Source: Strigamia acuminata (lineage: Eukaryota). From it: a DNA stretch of 64,000 nt. This document shows positions 59,390 to 64,000 of this stretch, in pieces. Within the stretch, counting starts at the first letter, position 1, and each line of letters starts with the position of its first letter. The stretch lies in assembly GCA_949358305.1 (NCBI GenBank), contig OX442314.1, positions 1,674,001 to 1,738,000 on the forward strand, written 5' to 3'. The translations under genes were made by a program, and so were the position numbers. The notes beneath the pieces were generated by a model. That model searched no databases and was not told the DNA's origin. It saw only the letters and a program-made list of their open reading frames with translations.

Positions 59390-62300
59390 TTAATTGTACG
59401 CACGAACGAAACGACGACTACCTGCGTTGTCCGCCACTTGTGTCGCTGGCGCAACAGGCCTGAGCAGGGTTCTCGGCGGGGCTCTGGGCGGGAGCACTGG
59501 CACCGTCCTGGGCGGAGGCCTGGGCAGAGGCCTGGGCGGAAACCTGGGCAGATTCCTCGGCGCAGGTTGTACTGGTCGGATGATGGCGTTGGCGTTGGCG
59601 GCGACCATCAGTTGGGCTTGGGCTTGCTGCTGCTGCATGAGTCGCTGGAAAGCGATTTGGCCACGCTCGTTAACCATGGGCATGAAGCCCAGCGCGTACT
59701 GCTGCTGGGACTGCTGCAAGGCCGCGAACGGCGTTTTGGTCGGGTCGTGGCGCAGTTCGACGGCTTGCGCTTCCGGATGGGACTCGATGTACTCTTGCTT
59801 CGCCTTCTTGGCGCCCTGCTCCACCTCCAGCCGATGCATCTCAGCGTCGTTCGAGAATTTAGGACACCTGAAGTTAGATCAATTCATCAATTTGATTCTA
59901 TTTGAATCATTAACTCACCTTCCGTTGTCGAAATGCTTGTAGTCCTTAATGGCCTCGCGACACACGTAGCAGAAGCTCTGGCCGCACGTGCACGTCATCT
60001 TGTTGCAGCCGTGTTCTTTGACGATGCCCTTCTTGCATTTGGGACACGTGCGCACCAACGCGTCCGTCATCTGACCCTCGACGTACGTGCGGAACTGCAC
60101 TTCCGGTTTCTGCTCGATCTCGTCGCAGCACAACGGAAGATGGTTCGGTTCCTTGCACAACCTTCGTTCACAAACTAAATTAGCATTTCATTTATTCTTT
60201 TTTTCTTCTTTCGTCACCTGCACGTCACTTTGAGACACTCCGGATTGAGGCAGCGGAAGATCTTGAGGTCCGCGTCCGGAATGATGGCGCAGAACGAGCA
60301 GTGAGGACACGACTCGAGATCCGGGATGTCGGCGCGGCGGATCTCCTCCTCCTGCATCTTGCGCACGATGTTTGAAAACACATTGGGTGGTAAAACACTC
60401 TGCAGGACGAAGGGCGGGAACTCGCGTTCGCAGTACGGGTCGAGGCAGGGGAAGTGGTAATTGCCCTGGCCGATGTGCACCTCGGCGTGGCGCCGGATGC
60501 ACGATCTACAGAACAAGTGGCCGTCCGTGCACTGCAGCATGTCCTCCATGAGCACTTCGTCCTCGAAGCAGCAACTGCACTCCATCAGTTCGTCGTTTGC
60601 CTTCGCCACTTCGATTTTACTCAGACGTTCCGCTTTCTTGTCCTTCTTGTATTCTAGAAAAGGAATGACTCGTAATTGCATGACACGAGCTTTGCTCTTT
60701 AAACTGTACGAATGATCCTGTCTTCCATCTCGATGAACAACTTCTCTTTGTAGAAGAGTTCGTCGATTTGTTGCGGCATCACTTTCAGGGGGCTCTTGAC
60801 CTTCTTTTTCCTCAAGTTCTCCCTCCTTTTCTTTATTAATGGTTCTGTAATTAATCGAATGAATCAAGTAAGTTGATTATTTTGTCACCGTTTGGCCACC
60901 CAAGGGTACGCAGCATCACTGACACACACTGCCCAATGGCCCCGAGGTAAGCCGGGTATCTTGATGCTAAATTCCTACTGCGCATCCCATTCTGCGCAGG
61001 CGATTTTCAAATTCCAGTTGTTATTTAGTAGCATTAAGCCTAATATTAGACCTAATAATGCTAAAATAAAGTAAATAAAACAATAACCTCATCATTAAAA
61101 GTAATTTATGACCAAAATATTGGGAAGTTAGAGACGGGAGATCTCCAACCACTAGACAGCGGATTAAAGGTCACCAAACCCAACAATCTGGAGTCTCTTG
61201 TCTTTATTTACGTGAGCATGCGTCCCACCCTAGCGTATCTTGACCCTAGGTTGCCCTGGATGAGACCAGACAGTCACAATTTGTTATTTTCGTTTGATGA
61301 ATTCACCGTCAGTGGGCGAAACGTTCCAGAGCGCATTCATTTCTTTCATGATGGGCGTGAGGTGGAAACGGTGTTTCTCCATCACTTGCGTCAAATCCTG
61401 TTTGTACGCGTATCGGAACTGGTTACTGACGAAGCATTCAACGTGCAACCGGTACTATGCACTCACGAGTCGGTCGTTGTTTTTGAAGTAGTTCTCCGGG
61501 TCTGGGAACATCTCCAGGAATTCCTCAACGCTGAACTTGCTGCAAAAAGAAATTGTGGAAATGATGACAAAAATCAATACAAACAACGACAAATCATATA
61601 AAAACGAAATTAAAAGCGCTTTGTTCATAGAAACACCGTAAAAGGCAAAATAAAATAGACAAAATAAGTAGAAAACCTTTCGACAAACTTCCGCTTGACT
61701 GCCGCCTTTTGAGTTTCGGCCAACTTGGGATACGAACGACTTTCCAACCACCCGTTAACCGTCGCATTTATGTAATTCACATCGTTCTTCCATTTCTCCA
61801 GAAAAGTGCGCAGGTATTCGGGATCAGCGTCCGGAAAAAGCTCTAAAATCAAGTTGACTTTTTCCATCGTCGCCGACACATTGTTGTTCTCTTCGCTTGA
61901 AGTGGACGCGGTTGCTTTCGGCCCGTTATTCTCGACATTCGGCGCTGTGTTCGTCACGGGAAACGGCGCCATCTCCTTGATATCGAGCAACTCGCCGATG
62001 ACTAAGCGCACCCGGTTTGCATTCCCGTGATGCGCCTCCAGATACGCGAGGATTTCTTCCCGGCTCTTGTTCGGGACGAATCTGCTCACGACCTCAACAT
62101 CGTTGATCAAATCGTTGAACTTATCCGGTTGGTATTCTTCCGGGATGTGCAACGGCGCTTGTTCGGGTTGCTTTAACCGTTCGGCGATCAAACGATCGAT
62201 GACGATGTTTCTTCTGTTGGGATTCGCACTCAAGGTTTCAACCATCGCGTAAACTTCGTTCCGATCCACCAAGAAATCCGGGTGGAGCACTCGAAGCCTG

Positions 62301-62691
62301 TTAATGATATTAGTCACTTCCTACACAAATTATATTCATTTTAATTATTTTGATTGATAATTGGGATTAATTTACGACGAAATACTTCTGTGATGTCGAT
62401 TTCAGCTTCTGGCGCGGGCGCAACGGCGATCATCCCGGGAATGTACGGAATGTCGTCTTCGTCGTCGTTTTCGTCGTCGTCGTCACTGTCATCGTCGGGA
62501 ATGTACGGACGATTAGCAATGGTGTCGTCGTCGTAGTCGTTGTCTTCAACTGCATGCTGTGGCGCGGGCGCAACGGCGATCATGCCGGGCATGTACGGAA
62601 AGTCGTGTTCGTCGTCTTCGTCGTCACTGTCATCGTCGTCTTCGCCATCGTCGCTGTTCTGACGGGATTTACAAAATTTAACTTTTTTCAT
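59390..62691 (-). pseudogene. RNF216-like copy D, complete 7-exon structure with one nonsense codon. Exons 62691-62386, 62320-61677, 61539-61307, 60844-60710, 60653-60218, 60161-59919, 59867-59390
   Basis: Exons 2-6 have the same lengths as in copy A; TAG at 61455-61457 replaces TCG(Ser); RBR and catalytic Cys are otherwise intact. Confidence 0.85.
60883..61278. mobile_element. Solo LTR in intron 3 of copy D (most complete version, 396 bp)
   Basis: TG..CA termini, ATTT on both sides. Confidence 0.75.
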
Positions 62692-64000
62692 CGTTTTTCA
62701 TTCTTAAATTACGAAATCAGATGGCTTTTCTGTTGATATTCATAACTGTTCCACTCTGTCAAAAGATACGGGAAGTTAGAACGGGTTTTGCCCGAATTAA
62801 TCGTACGTTCACCTGGAAATTTGATGCGATCAATTTCGAGTTGTTAAATAAAAGAGGGAGGTCAAAAAGTCAAAAAAGTCAAAAAAACATTTGTGGCAAG
62901 AAGAACCCGGAATAGGCTTTCAGGCCTACATTTGGAAATCGAAGCCAAAAGTTGTGAGATGACCGTTGTTCTGTTTGTTTTGGTTTAAACAAAACAAAAT
63001 ATCGTTATCATCCTTTATTATTATATTAGTTGCAAAATTATTGTTATTATTTTCATTATTATTATTATTCGTGGAACGATTTCACGGATTTTGAGAATCG
63101 ACTCATTTTTATTCGAGCACAACATTTTGGATCTCCCGAGTTTAAACATATTTCACAACAATTGTTACGATCATCTGACCTCAGGTTTATTAAACACACT
63201 GCTGATTCATTTTGAATCGTTTTTATACAGGACGGAATAATACATTTGAAATAAGTTACAAACGGAAGCAAAAATAAAAAATTGTAGGTCAGAAAAATTT
63301 AAATTTAAGCAAAAATAAAAATTTTTAGGCCAAAAAACTCAACTTCAGCCAAAAACAACAAAACATTTTGGCCAAATGACTCACTAAATTTTGAGCCCTT
63401 ATACGAGTAACTCAATTTAAGGCCAAAAAAATCACTTTTAGGCAAAAAAAACTCACTTTTAGGCAAAAACATCAAAGTTTTAATTTAAAAAAAATTCAAT
63501 TTTTTGTAATAAAAACCAATTTTAATAAGAAAAAAATTGACCAGGTTTGGATGCTAGAAATTTTTTTTTTATGTCAATAATATATTGGACAAATAATAAA
63601 TTGAAAAATTCTATTAATTATTAATTAGAATTTACTCGCATATTAAAAATAACCTTGCCTTCTTGCCTCGTGTCAAATATAGTTTAATTGCATTTTTCTT
63701 ATTGTTATTCAGCAATCGAATTATTTTAATTAATTAAAATGTTAAAATTTATTGTCTCTCATGAAATCAATTGAATACAAGCAATTAAACTAAACCCGCA
63801 TACAAAAACGATTTGACGTGAGTGATGGAGGGACACCTGATTCAAATTGTTCATCGATATGGAAGACAGAAGCTCCATTACGCCTTTTTTTTGAGGGCTT
63901 TGGAGACCCATACATCCAATTTAGAAATGTTTCCTGAGATATAGACGGTCTCAAATCTGTTTAGTTTTTAATTTTATCTCATTCTGTTCACAAGTTATGA

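Overview
This is AT-rich animal genomic DNA with short GT-AG introns; it is probably arthropod, and myriapod/chelicerate is only an inference from the MBD-bearing Copia. The window is a duplication hot spot built around a local family of RNF216/TRIAD3-like RBR E3 ubiquitin ligase genes. There are four near-full-length copies. A (4654-8006 +) is intact. B (25918-28559 -) has an intact RBR but a displaced start and a truncated tail. C (43760-46635 +) keeps a fully open frame but has lost the catalytic RING2. D (59390-62691 -) carries one nonsense codon. Many rearranged fragments of the family are also present. A BEL/Pao LTR retrotransposon (30173-43427) carries a nested, intact and apparently very young Ty1/Copia element (35646-42591) whose polyprotein includes a methyl-CpG-binding domain between integrase and RT. 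Other contents: a 9-finger C2H2 gene, an FHA/coiled-coil gene or fragment, intron-containing pseudogene fragments of CMTR1, MPP-beta and an SMP-domain (E-Syt/tricalbin-like) gene, a decayed P-element/THAP9-type transposase, solo LTRs, several MITEs with recognisable TSDs, and minisatellites. All exon boundaries and family assignments were read by eye, without alignment or database tools.
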